From Octopus sinensis (Eukaryota), in NCBI RefSeq assembly GCF_006345805.1, contig NC_043008.1:78120001-78184000 (forward strand): 64,000 nucleotides of DNA, written 5' to 3'. The position numbers were made by a program, and so were the translations under genes. The notes under the pieces are model-generated. The model did not search any database. It was not told the origin of the DNA and saw only the letters and a list, made by a program, of their open reading frames with translations. Below, in pieces: positions 53,022 to 64,000 of the stretch. Within the stretch, counting starts at the first letter, position 1. Each line of letters opens with the position of its first letter.

Positions 53022-53959
53022 CTGAAACAAAAAAAATAATTGGTCAGAGCTTATTTTGAAATAATTAATAATTTCAAAAACATATAAAGCAGTGAATGAT
53101 TATGAAAATATAGTTAGATAGCATAGATTGACATGTAAAATTTAGTTGAAAAAATAAGGAATAATTTGTTTTTCTCATTAAGAACTGCGAACCTTTTTGG
53201 AAGGGATTTTATACAAAACATGGAAATGGAAAAGGAAAAAATTAATATTTACATCAATCAAGTGACGTGTCGATTATACACAATGTACACATAGCTACTG
53301 TGCGTATATTGTACAGGATATTTAGTTTACCATGTACATGGTTACGAAGTAATCAATGGTAATGTGCATCTCATATCTCCTTCATCAAGCACAACATCCC
53401 CAAATGAGATAATATATCAAAAAATCTTAAATGAATTCTTTATTATCGATTAATTAATGCCAAGAAACTTTTCTTTCAAAATTTTCTGGCTCTTGCTCAG
53501 TTTTCTCATTTGCTATTAATTATAAGCGTAAGTCAGCCTGCTTTATTCATATGGCCCTAATCATAGCAATGTTAAATTTAATTAGATTAACTTGATTGGA
53601 TTAATTAAATATTTACGCAGACTTTTGAGCATTTAAAAAATTTCCTAGCCAAATTCATTTCTCTTTATTCAAATATACTCACAAATTGAATACCAGAAAT
53701 AAATTCACAATTCTCTCCCAGTTTTCTATTTTGCTTCAGTTGTCTCGTGAAATAATCAATAAGCAACGTATCCCCCGACTGAAAACTGTTGTTATCATTA
53801 TTGATTTGGATGTTGACATTTAGATACGAATGGTAGATAGTTTCAAATACATTCCTAAGAAGTTTGGAAGAAATGCCAAATTGTAATACACTTAAAACTA
53901 AAATAAAACGAGAGTTGTAATTTATTTTATCTTTTTATAGTTCAATCTATAAAAATGCG

Positions 53960-55140
53960 TAAGCCCATGGATCTTGCTGACCTTCCGAAACCAGTGACAT
54001 TGGAGCACCCTACGTTCCTCTTAAACCAGTTGCAAAACAATGACCTGATGGAAATATGTACAAAGAGGAAATTCCAGACTATTATGTAATGAGAGGAGAC
54101 TTGTGAGTTTGGAGTCCCTGAGTGAAGGTGGCGTGAGGCCAACCAGCACTGAAGAGCAGGGGCTACTATAGTAGCAGCAGAAAATACAGAGAAGAGAAAG
54201 CATGTTTGTGGATTTGAGACACAAGGATGCAGTTTAGAACGTCTGCATGTGTATCTGTAACACCGTCCCAGGTGTGGCAACAATTTGCCATCAAGCACAG
54301 CTTCAAATGCAACATTAATGTCGCCTCTGAAATTTGTAGACGATCAGTAGTTTTTGGAAGCAGAAATATTCTCTGACTCTGATGGGTAATGCCAGTATTT
54401 GCGATATAGTTTTTGTTGATGATGTGTGTTTATCAGAAAAATGTGTGTTTATCAGAAAAATTCCTGTGTTAATTAGACTTAGCATTTGAAGTGATTGTGA
54501 CGGTTTTCATTGTGTACCGTTCGTGTTGAGGTGGCGTAGATGCTTGAAATGTGAAGGGATTGTCTTTTTGATACTGAAGGCGGCATGATACTATAGAAAG
54601 ATGTTCTCGAGCTCTCTATTCAGGGAGTCAACGAAGATTTGGTGGGAAATTTCTACAGTGCTTACGGGTGAAGCCTGGTTAGGTAAACATATAAGATATC
54701 TGTTTAGAAGTGGGAGTTGTTTGAAGGTGACGGAAAATAGGTGCAAGGAAGAAATGCCATAGAAAACCGAACTCTAGCCACGTCAGAGTGAAAATTGGAC
54801 GGATGAGAGGAGTAGGTATATCAGTTCAATCTTCAGTAGAGTAAGAAGCAAGCAACGAATGAATCCCAGAGATGGTTTTGTTAGATTAGCGTGAAAAAAC
54901 TTTACTGAAGTTGGGAGCACCACGACTACTTTCACTATGAGATTTCTTGAGGGTAAGAGCCTACTGGTTTGTTATATGAACATAGATTTTCAGCAATCTG
55001 GCTATATAAAAAAGAAAAAAAAGGAATACGCTGGATGCTAGACAAGTAAGTCGTTAACTGTTGTCTCCAACGTCTTTAACATATTAAAATTGGGATGGGA
55101 CGCTTGTCGGCAGAGTGAGTGTAGTTGTTCATCTGAAGAA
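53960..55140 (-). mobile_element. Degenerate LINE fragment (endonuclease region)
   Basis: Minus strand GDINVAF-like motif near 54310-54335 and composition similar to the 47-49.7 kb LINE; many stops. Confidence 0.45.
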
Positions 55141-55504
55141 TGAGACACTCTATAAGTTTTCAAATATGGGATGTTTCACTGAAGAGAAAAAAAAATTGTA
55201 TCAATATCTGAATCCGTTTCTTTACAATTATATAAACTTGATACCTATACTCACACAGGTACATACGTATATATTTAAATATGCAATCTGATGAACCCTA
55301 TTCTTACAAGAAAATAAAGTGTATTAATATGGAAGTACTAATAAATTATATACATTTGCAAATACTATGATATGTATATATAAGCATGTTTTCAAATTTT
55401 ATCAAGACTGTAGTTAGTTACAAACTTCAGTAAACATTCAAACAATAATTTTTCTGTCATTTCCAGTTTTTCCTTAGTTCGATTATTTAATACTTAGGCA
55501 GGCA

Positions 55505-55676
<172 letters not shown>

Positions 55677-55689
55677 TCTCTAATTTCTT

Positions 55690-56540
55690 CTGGAAGAGAT
55701 TCATGCATTGGTAAACAGTCAAGGCGTTGGAGACCATGAAGATTAAACTTGTAGTTATGAAAATGGTAGCTGATACAGACTACTGGAAGCCATCTGAATA
55801 TTGGAAACGAGTTACCGGTATCATAATGGTTATGGTCGGCTGTCAAAATGCCGGTATTATGGCTGCTACTCAGTGCTCCGTGAACCTTGTAAAGGCTGTA
55901 AGACGTAATATGAGAGCTGTAACGGAAACTGCGTATAGGGAGGGAAATAGCAGGTGTTCTAACTGCGTTTACACGCAAGAATCCATCCCCACACCTTTGA
56001 ACAGGGCCTTAGGCTCAATTCAGACAGCAACGGGAAGTTGCTAGAGACTATAGTACTACAGTTAATCCCTGGTTGAAGAAGGTTACTTCTGGAAGTCTAT
56101 ATGTGTGGCAGCAGGATTCGGCTTCTTGACGTAGCTCCAGAAAGAGTCAGAAGTAATTGTCGGAGAATTTCTACCACTACTCCACTCCTAATTTGTGGCC
56201 TCTTAACTCCTCCCATTGTAAACTCATGGCTTATTATGTGTGGGTGTGGTTGAGATAGACACCAAACGCGCTGTCTATAACACCAAAGCCGAGCTGGTGA
56301 CCCAGATGAAGGAGGTGTTCACAGATTTTCCCAGATACACAGGTGATGACTATATGCATCAGGTTCCGGAACTGTGTGTTCAGGATGTAGCGAAAGCTGA
56401 TGGCCGTTACTTTGCGTAAACTGTTATCTCCCAGCCATTATGTAGTTAATATTTTTGATTTTTTTAAAAGATACATTATTTTTGAATGGGATATTTTTCA
56501 TTATGTGTATGCAAACTGTCAAAATTAGCTTGAACACCTA
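55690..56540 (+). mobile_element. Degenerate maT/DD37D-like transposon related to 7917-8817
   Basis: SEYWKRVTGII..GCQNAGI (compare PEIWKR..GSSN) and PNLWPLNSSHC...YYVWV..E......NTKAEL. Confidence 0.65.
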
Positions 56541-56794
56541 GTACGTAAGTATGAATGTATGTATGTATGTATGTATGTACGTATACACACATGTATGTAC
56601 ATTTATATATATATATATATGTATGTATATATATAAATATATATATATACACATATATGCATGTATATGTGTGTGTGTGATGCAATGTAATTTGTTACGT
56701 ACAACAAATATGATAACCAGACAACAGTAAAAAACAATGTAACGAACTAACAAATCTCTTTACGAAACAGCAATCAATAATTGCGGGTGTTTGC

Positions 56795-57335
56795 GACTCA
56801 TATACTTCTACTCATACATATACATATGTGACGACTAAAAGAAGCAATGTGGGGAAAAGCTACGTATATCTGTGTGCGTCTGTCTTACTATATGTATGTG
56901 AGTGTATGCCACAGTGTATGTATATGTGTGTGAGTGTATGAGTGCATATGTGTCTGTGACTGTGTGTGTGTGTCCACGTTAGATACGTTATAAAACGCAC
57001 ATTTACACATACATATGCACATATTCACATATGACGACTGACATGCGTGAATGTATGTCTATGTGAGTCTGTCAAATTATATGTATGTGACTGTATGTGA
57101 GAGTGCATGTGTGTGTATGTGTGGTAATTTTTATCTTCATTTGGATTAAAACACACGGTCTATGCATACATATACATGTGACGATAGACAAAAACAATGA
57201 GGTGTAAAGTTATATATGTTTGTAAGTGTCTGTCTTACACTATGTATGTTACTGTCGTCGCATTTTCTATATCAGTGTGTATGTCTGTGTGCTTGAGTGT
57301 TTGCGTGTTCGTTAGGTACGTTATTAAACACTAGC
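56795..57335. repeat. Two diverged direct repeats about 360 bp apart
   Basis: CATACATATACAT.TGTGACGA...AA.CAATG.GG..AAAG.TA..TAT.TGT..G.GTCTGTCTTAC ... CGTTAG.TACGTTAT.AAAC at about 56812-57000 and 57165-57332. Confidence 0.7.
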
Positions 57336-57339
57336 ACAC

Positions 57340-57884
57340 ATTTATACTAAAGCTGGGTGTCCCCATTATGTTGCTTAGGAACATAATGGAACTCGCTTAA
57401 TTGTTACTTCCACTAAGCCCCATGTCCTAGAGGCAACAATCGTAACAGGTACTCACAAAGGAGAAAATGCTTTTATTCCGAAAATTCCTCCCATACCTAC
57501 AGATGTTCTATTTGAATTTAAGAGGTTTCAGTTTCCAGTCAAACTAAGATTTGCTATTTCAATCAACAAATCTCAAGGTCAATCCTTTAAGGTAGTTGGA
57601 CGTGATCTCTGTATTACATGCTTCACCCGCATGCTGCTTGCTCACGAGTTGGAAGCAGCGATAATTTATTCATTTGGACACCTACAAAAAGTTACACAAT
57701 CAACACTGAGGTGTTTTAAGATTGACAGATTTTCAGTTCTAACTTCTATTAGCATTACAATTTTGATTTTTTTAAATAAAATATAGATGTTTTTAAATAA
57801 TTATGAGAAAAATGTATCTTCATATTGCTTATTAATCTGAATAACAACAGCAGTAAGCTGGGCAACGCCCGGTCATTCAGCTAG
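57340..57884 (+). mobile_element. Helitron 3' end (PIF1-like helicase C-terminus, hairpin and CTAG)
   Basis: LKLGVPIMLLRN..NGTRLIV...IPKIP..P....FKRFQFPVKL.FAISINKSQGQSFKVVG...CSRVG; CTGGGC-AAC-GCCCGG hairpin just before CTAG at 57881-57884. Confidence 0.9.
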
Positions 57885-58343
57885 AATATATATATATTCT
57901 CTGCGAACAGATCTGATTTTGATTAGTCAAAAAATTGATGACGTTTTACCCCAGTGGTCAAGCTTGTCGCCATGCTTGATTGGTTTCCCTACAAGATACA
58001 GTTATGGGTCAGGTCTAATTCTGATTCGTTAAAAAATTGATGACGTTTTTCAAGAACATGGATTCTATTGATTGTATATAGCATGGACTCTATTGAATGT
58101 ATGTAACAATTATCAACTATTCCATTATACTTTTTATGTATATAGCATGGACTCTATTGAATGTATGAAACAATTATGAACTATTTCCTTATACGCTTTA
58201 TTATAAAAAAATTCTTTTTGATAAGGTTCGTTATTTCAAGAACCGAAACATGTAAAAATTAAAATTTATCTAATATAGTGGCATTTTCAAACTTCTTTTT
58301 TACAAATATATACCCACTCGTATACGATCCAATCTTATTGTAA

Positions 58344-58398
<55 letters not shown>

Positions 58399-58409
58399 GG
58401 GCAGGCAAC

Positions 58410-59065
58410 GGGTTGCTTACCCACATACCGAAAAATTAGAAATAGCAATCAAAGACTGTTTATTTCTATTTTCGACAAATAAGACTCCATATCCATGTAA
58501 TTGACATATGTAAAACAGAAGGAAAAAATAACGAAAACAGAGTCTATGGGTTAGTTACGGACGCGTTTCTGGATTAGAATTATAAATCAATTCATTACCT
58601 TTCTCAACGTAACACTCCACTCAGATAGATTTCTCAAATGCTATACATATCCTCCGCTTCCCGAGCCAGCGTCATCGGAATAGTAGAAGATAGCTAGCAT
58701 AGGCTAAATCCATATAGATGAATGAATTCGTACTTTCCCTCCAAAATTTTACCATGTACGTCGCAAAAATAGTTCCTTAGAAATAGAACTATGGATTGTC
58801 ATAAGGGAGTGAAAATTGCATTATTAATAATATAAGGATAAATAATTATTAATTAAAAAAAAAACCAACAATTATTTTCGGGGATATTTCGGTATGTAAA
58901 TATAACCATTATCAGTAGGAACTTTCTTAAAAAAATTCTATATATATATCAATAAAAAGGGGAAGACAACAGGTTATTTATATATATATAACTTTTTTTA
59001 AAAAAGTTCCTACCGATAATGGTTATATTTACATACCGAAATCTACCAGAAAATAATTGTTGTTC
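58410..59065. mobile_element. Fold-back repeat family copy 2 plus its module placed outside the arms
   Basis: About 58410-58590 is the reverse complement of about 15000-15180; 58783-58935 matches 14795-14960; arms 58866-58935 and 58995-59062 are inverted. Confidence 0.75.
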
Positions 59066-59093
59066 TTTTAAAAGTTGATAATTATTTACCCTA

Positions 59094-59133
<40 letters not shown>

Positions 59134-59261
59134 TAAGGCAATTCGTTGCTAAACCCTTTATTGCTTAGTATTACTTATATATATATATATATACGTACAT
59201 ACATTCATACATACATACATACATACATACATACACACATACATAAACACACACACGCACG

Positions 59262-59299
<38 letters not shown>

Positions 59300-60171
59300 G
59301 TTATGGTATATTCCGTTAGGAACGTGGCAGAGTACAGTATAAAGCTCGTCCACTCTCAGAATTGCCCAATACTATCCTGTAGCATTATTATACACTTCCA
59401 GCTTTATGTTTGGGTATTCGACGTGTGTGAATATAAAATTGAAGAAATTGGAATCAACAAGAAGGAGTACAGTTGGGCAGTTATTTTTTAATCACTACAG
59501 TTGTTTCCACTCGTAGGTTTCTTTTTGTGTGAGTCTGTAAGTGTATGTGTGTATGTATCCGAATGTATGTGTATCTGTGTATATGTGAGTGTATTTGTGT
59601 GTGTATACAGTCATATACACATAGGTTTGTTTGTGTGTGAGAGGTTTGTTTGTATGTGGGTATCTGTGTGTGCATGTGTGTATTTATCGGACCACTGAAT
59701 ACTGAAGGTCAGCAACTAAAATTTGCATTGAAAGTCAATCCTGAATAACAGATCAGCGATCAGCCGGTACCAAAACAGCCATCCACTACCACTCGTAATA
59801 GTCCAGAAAACACACTCTGACAGCAAACATCATAAATCTACCAATTACTGCAAAATTCAAACCAAGACGGACGGATAGGATGGCCTTGAAGTCGAGGATA
59901 TCAAACTAACGGAGACAACACTTGAGGAAACACAACTGGACCTCATTATGCAAACAGTTGCATAATCAAATACCTGTAGTTTTGGAGAACCACGTTGGGT
60001 AGAAACAATTGTAGTGATTTGAAAATAACTGTCTAATCCTACTCCTTCTTGGTGACTTTAGTTTCTTCTGTTTTATATAGATATATTATAATTGTATGTG
60101 TGTGTGTGCATGTGTGTGTGAGTGTGTGTGTGTGCATGTATGTGTGTATATATTGACAGACAGACAGATAG

Positions 60172-60285
<114 letters not shown>

Positions 60286-60519
60286 CAGAAAATGTTCAGA
60301 TGATGCATTATCTTTTTTAACAAGGTGAGCGACTCCGATAAATTATATTTTTCGTTCTTGGTCAAAACACTCTTAGTGTAGAATCTATCCACTTTTTACT
60401 GTAAGCAAAGAAGACCAGATGGAACATCGACAAGACTTCTGAGAGGGGCAATTTACTTCAAATAAAAGTCCCATCCATGAAACCAGGTACTTTATAGTAA
60501 TCTTTTGAGTCTACCTCCA

Positions 60520-60822
60520 CTATAGTCTAAAGAACACTGAGATCCTGTGGACTTTTTTCGTAGCAAGAACGATGTTTTGAGTCAAATGCTTATGTGGGGA
60601 CCAGCACATGGAAAGCAACCTTGGGGTTGTCTTCCCAGGATATGATCGACCAACTGGTTGAAGACTCTGGTCTACTGAAGACTGGCCTATGAAGAGCAGT
60701 GCAGTAGAAGGAATTCTGGAGGATTGGTTCACGGTGTTCTTTTGCGGTAGGTAGGTAGGTAGGTAGGTAGGTAGGTAGGTAGGTAGGTAGGTAGGTAGGT
60801 AGGTAGTTAGGTAGGTAGGTAG
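60520..60822 (+). mobile_element. RTE-type LINE 3' remnant with (GTAG)n tail
   Basis: LMWGPAHGKQPWG..PGY.DQLVEDSGL..EDWP resembles the RTE C-terminal GRPxxTYIDQLxEDTGL; followed by a tetranucleotide tail. Confidence 0.6.
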
Positions 60823-60889
60823 CAGTTATGCACTGTTTACAATCGTATTCCGTTTACGTAGTGATAAAGTTTTCTCTTAAAATAATCGG

Positions 60890-61910
60890 TGTCAGATGTC
60901 AGAATCTGAGAAAAAAGTTATTTTATACAAGAGTCAGAGTTTAAAACAGCTTAGAAATGTGCAAGAAAAACCTCTCAATGGCAAAAACCCAAAGAGAGCT
61001 AATAGTGCCAATGTTGACAAAGCTTTTACCCATCAATGGTTAGTGTCTTCTGGCTTAAAATCAGAAACAGAAGGGTTTATCATAGTAGCCCATGATCAAT
61101 GCCTACCTTCAAGAAACTACCAGGCCAACATATTAAAGAACGGCAGTAGCCCAACATGTCGTGTATGTCAAGAAAAAAATGAAACCATTGATCATGTTAT
61201 CTCCAAGTGCAGACTTCTTGCGCCTACAGAGTATCTCGTCAGGCATGATAGAGCAGCACAATATATTCACTGGGTATTATGCAAAGACCTGGACCTGCCC
61301 CATGATAAAAACTGGTGGGAACACAAACCATTTGTAGTGGTTGAAAATGATCACATCTCACTTCGCCATTCAAACTGACAGAAAGATAGATGCGAATAGG
61401 CCAGACAAAAATCATGCCTCCTCATTGATATGATTACCCCAATCGACATAAATGGATCTCTCAAGACCTACCAAAAACTGAACAAATATAAATATCTTGA
61501 AATAGAAATTAGTAAAATGTGGAACCTGATAACTAAAACAATACCTGCTGTCATACGTGCACTAGGAATGATAGCAAAAGGGGCTGATTCCTACCTAGCT
61601 CAGATACCAGGGAACCCGAAAATGATCGAAACTCAAAAGATAGTGTTCATGGGAACTGCCAATATCCTATGTAAAATAAAGTCTATGTAATCTCAAATTT
61701 TAAAACTCATAATCTTCTTATGTTTTGTTAAACATTGTCAATAACAATACTGTGTTCAAAACCACATATATGAGACCCTAGGCATAACACCAACATAAAC
61801 TTCTAACTTGTCTCTGGGTGAGACTTGAAGCCAACTTGTACAAAAACAAAGCAAACGTTAAACATAATAATAGTCAAACATACAAAAAAGTCAAACATAT
61901 AATATTTATG
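60890..61910 (+). mobile_element. R4/Dong-clade LINE 3' part (RT end, CCHC zinc knuckle, restriction-like endonuclease)
   Basis: GLKSETEGFIIVAHDQCLPSRNY...CRVCQEKNETIDHVISKC..LA..EYLVRHD; then LNKYKYLEIEISKMWNL.TKTIP.VI.ALG; ends in (TAA)n. Confidence 0.92.
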
Positions 61911-61919
61911 ATGATGATG

Positions 61920-61974
<55 letters not shown>

Positions 61975-62036
61975 GTTATTATTATTGTTGTTGCTGTTGT
62001 TGTTGTTGTTGTTGTTATTTTTGCTGTTGTTGTTGT

Positions 62037-62470
62037 TATTCAGTAGTCTTTTATTATCACGTGCTTTCATTGCACTGCCAAGCGCAGCTCTATGTGCCTA
62101 GGGTATGTGTTGTGGTTTGTTGCAATGCTCATATTTTTACTGTATTGAAAGTGCTTTACGCAGGATGTGCGCGGTGCCTAGTGGTGCTATTTTCTGTGTT
62201 ATATATACTTGTTAGTCCTGGAGTTTATTTTTATGTATTTATCTGAATAGTTTTTTTCATCATACCTAATACGCCCACTATAATAGGAATTGTTTCTGTT
62301 TTCAGACTCCATATTCGAGTTACCTCTATTTCCAGATCCTTGTATTTTGAAAGTTTCTCTATTTCTTTTAGAGAAACATCGTTATCTGTTGGTATTGATA
62401 CATCATTTAGAAAGCATTAATTTCTCTATTTGTATGTATTGATATATCCCAGAGTATGGTTCCTTTCTCA
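62037..62470 (-). mobile_element. R4/Dong-clade 3' fragment, same subfamily as the 13.1-14.0 kb copies
   Basis: TATTCAGTAGT...GCGCAGCTCT.TGTGCC..GGGTATGTG 3' UTR and endonuclease remnant match 13104-13470. Confidence 0.88.
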
Positions 62471-62508
<38 letters not shown>

Positions 62509-62610
62509 TGTTTAACGTCCGCTTTCCATACTAGCATGGGTTGGACGATTTTGACTGAGGGCTGGCGAACCAGATGGCTGTTCCCAGGCTCCAATCTTGA
62601 TTTGGCAGAG
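62470..62610 (-). mobile_element. Retroposon 3' tail with (GAT)n, probably RTE-derived
   Basis: Minus strand CGTCCAACCCATGCTAGTATGGAAAGCGGACGTTAAACAATGATGATG; family assignment from memory. Confidence 0.5.
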
Positions 62611-63239
62611 TAGAAAGCTTCCTAAAACATTAAATACAATGTTATTTCAATCTAATCTGAAGTTAACTCATTTCATTAATCCTACTAAAGTACTTAACAA
62701 TGTAATAAACCTCTATTCCTTTTATGCTATAGTACTGAAATATTTAATTTTGCTTTTAGATGCGACACATTCCAACTGCTGGTCGAATATTAAACTGCAG
62801 TCGTCAGAAGATATTATTATGTCCTCTAGCTAGTGAATTAGCAAAATAAAGGGTGCAGTATTCATTCGGAAGATTTTTAAGATTTAAAGTAAAACTGATT
62901 TGTTAATGTTTTAAATAGAATAAAATGTTTCATAACAGATTCTGACCGGAAGTTAAAAGTCTGAAATAATATTGTCAAATGTAAATTTCATTAAGGATAA
63001 TAATATGAATAAGTCCATTTAATTGAAGTTTAGTGTAGTGAATCAGTCCCAATTATGGGACTATGTAGTGTAGCGTATACAAGTATGCTCGTAGTTTGAT
63101 TAAAGAGGCGGGAATATGAATTAGGGAGATAAAGTTAATCAGAAAGAAGCGAGAACTACGAGGATAAGTCAAACATTATACGGTCTCTTGATTCTGTAAC
63201 TTGTTACAACAAAAGCAGAGGTTGAACAGTGGTCTACAA

Positions 63240-63540
63240 GATTGCTTATTCCATGGGTGAAGAATCTTTTTGGCTGCTTCGGCGCTTCTTCGTCCCTAGC
63301 AAATCGACGACCTCATAAACGATGTTTGAGTGGTCCAAAATGTGATAGTCGGAAGGGACGAGATCTGGACTGTATGCAGAGTAGTCCAGCAACTCGAAAT
63401 CAAATTTCTCGATAGTTTCAACGGTGTGGATGGCTATATGTGGGCGTGCATTTTCGTGCAGCAATAACACTTACTTTGACAATAGACCTCAACGTTTGGT
63501 GCGAATTGCTGGTTTCAGTTTGTTGGCCAGCATTTCACTG
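63240..63540 (-). mobile_element. Mariner C-terminal fragment
   Basis: LLLHENARPHIA..TVETIEKFDFELLDYSAYSPDLVPSDYHI. Confidence 0.85.
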
Positions 63541-63574
63541 TAGCCTATACTAGTGAAAGACACCAAAGCAATGG

Positions 63575-64000
63575 CAATCCGGGGAGATAATCTCAAATTT
63601 TAAGAAGGAAGACGAGGGAATGTTCTAATTACTGAGGCATCTCCTTGTTGAGCCTTCACGGCAAACTCTACGCTAGGTGTCTGGAAAAGAAATGCAGGGA
63701 AATTGTCGACTGAAAGAACAGTATGGACGCAGTGAACAGTAGGCCTTCAAGAAATCGTCGAAATATTGCCAAGAGGCGTACGCTTGCTGTGTGGAGTTCA
63801 AAAGTGCATTTAACCGCATATTGTGGTACACGTTATAAGGGCTATTCAGGACTTTGAGATTAATGAGCAACTCCTGGCTGCCGTAAGTCCCTATACAAAT
63901 GCTCAGATGTTTGTATTCGATTAAATATTGTAACCTTACAACATGGGTGTTAAACTTTGGAAAAGTGTGTCTGGTCACTTCGTCTTTTCATAATTTTAAT
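63575..64000 (+). mobile_element. Degenerate RTE-clade RT fragment, runs off window end
   Basis: IFKKED...CSNY.GISLLSLHGKLYARCLEKKCREIV..EQYG..FKSAFNRI..INEQLLAAV.SLY remnants with frameshifts. Confidence 0.75.

Noticed and set aside
53942-54298. 118 aa ORF as an upstream exon of the FNDC-like gene
   Set aside because: Lies inside a degenerate LINE remnant; no FN3 pattern or convincing splice donor
59303-59491. Non-repetitive island with short ORFs on both strands
   Set aside because: Minus frame interrupted by a stop; no motif recognised

Overview
AT-rich eukaryotic DNA dominated by repeats. The SINE, LINE and microsatellite complement suggests a cephalopod (Octopus-like) genome; that is an inference from repeat types, not verified. 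Only one host coding exon is recognisable: a terminal exon on the minus strand (52690-53021) encoding a single transmembrane helix plus cytoplasmic tail resembling FNDC4/FNDC5-like (DUF4808-type) proteins. The rest is decayed mobile DNA (mariner and other Tc1/mariner-type transposons, a MITE, CR1, RTE, R4/Dong and L2-like LINEs, a Helitron 3' end, tRNA-derived SINEs, Penelope-like elements) and long compound microsatellites, which explain most of the long low-complexity ORFs in the track. The most striking observation, made by folding sequence by hand, is a dense set of type I hammerhead-ribozyme motifs of the Penelope-like-element (PLE) kind. Some have intact cores (24082-24151, 24572-24655, 35839-35889/40339-40389) and some have recurrent core variants (U3-A8 'UUGACAA', U4C 'CCGANGA'). 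They sit in the arms of four clustered inverted duplications (31.5-43.9 kb; arms about 0.12-2.2 kb), always reading outward, and usually near (TA)n tracts. This suggests ribozyme-terminated, fold-back PLE-derived elements, some carrying only microsatellite cargo. No ribozyme activity is demonstrated and assembly fold-back artefacts cannot be excluded from sequence alone.
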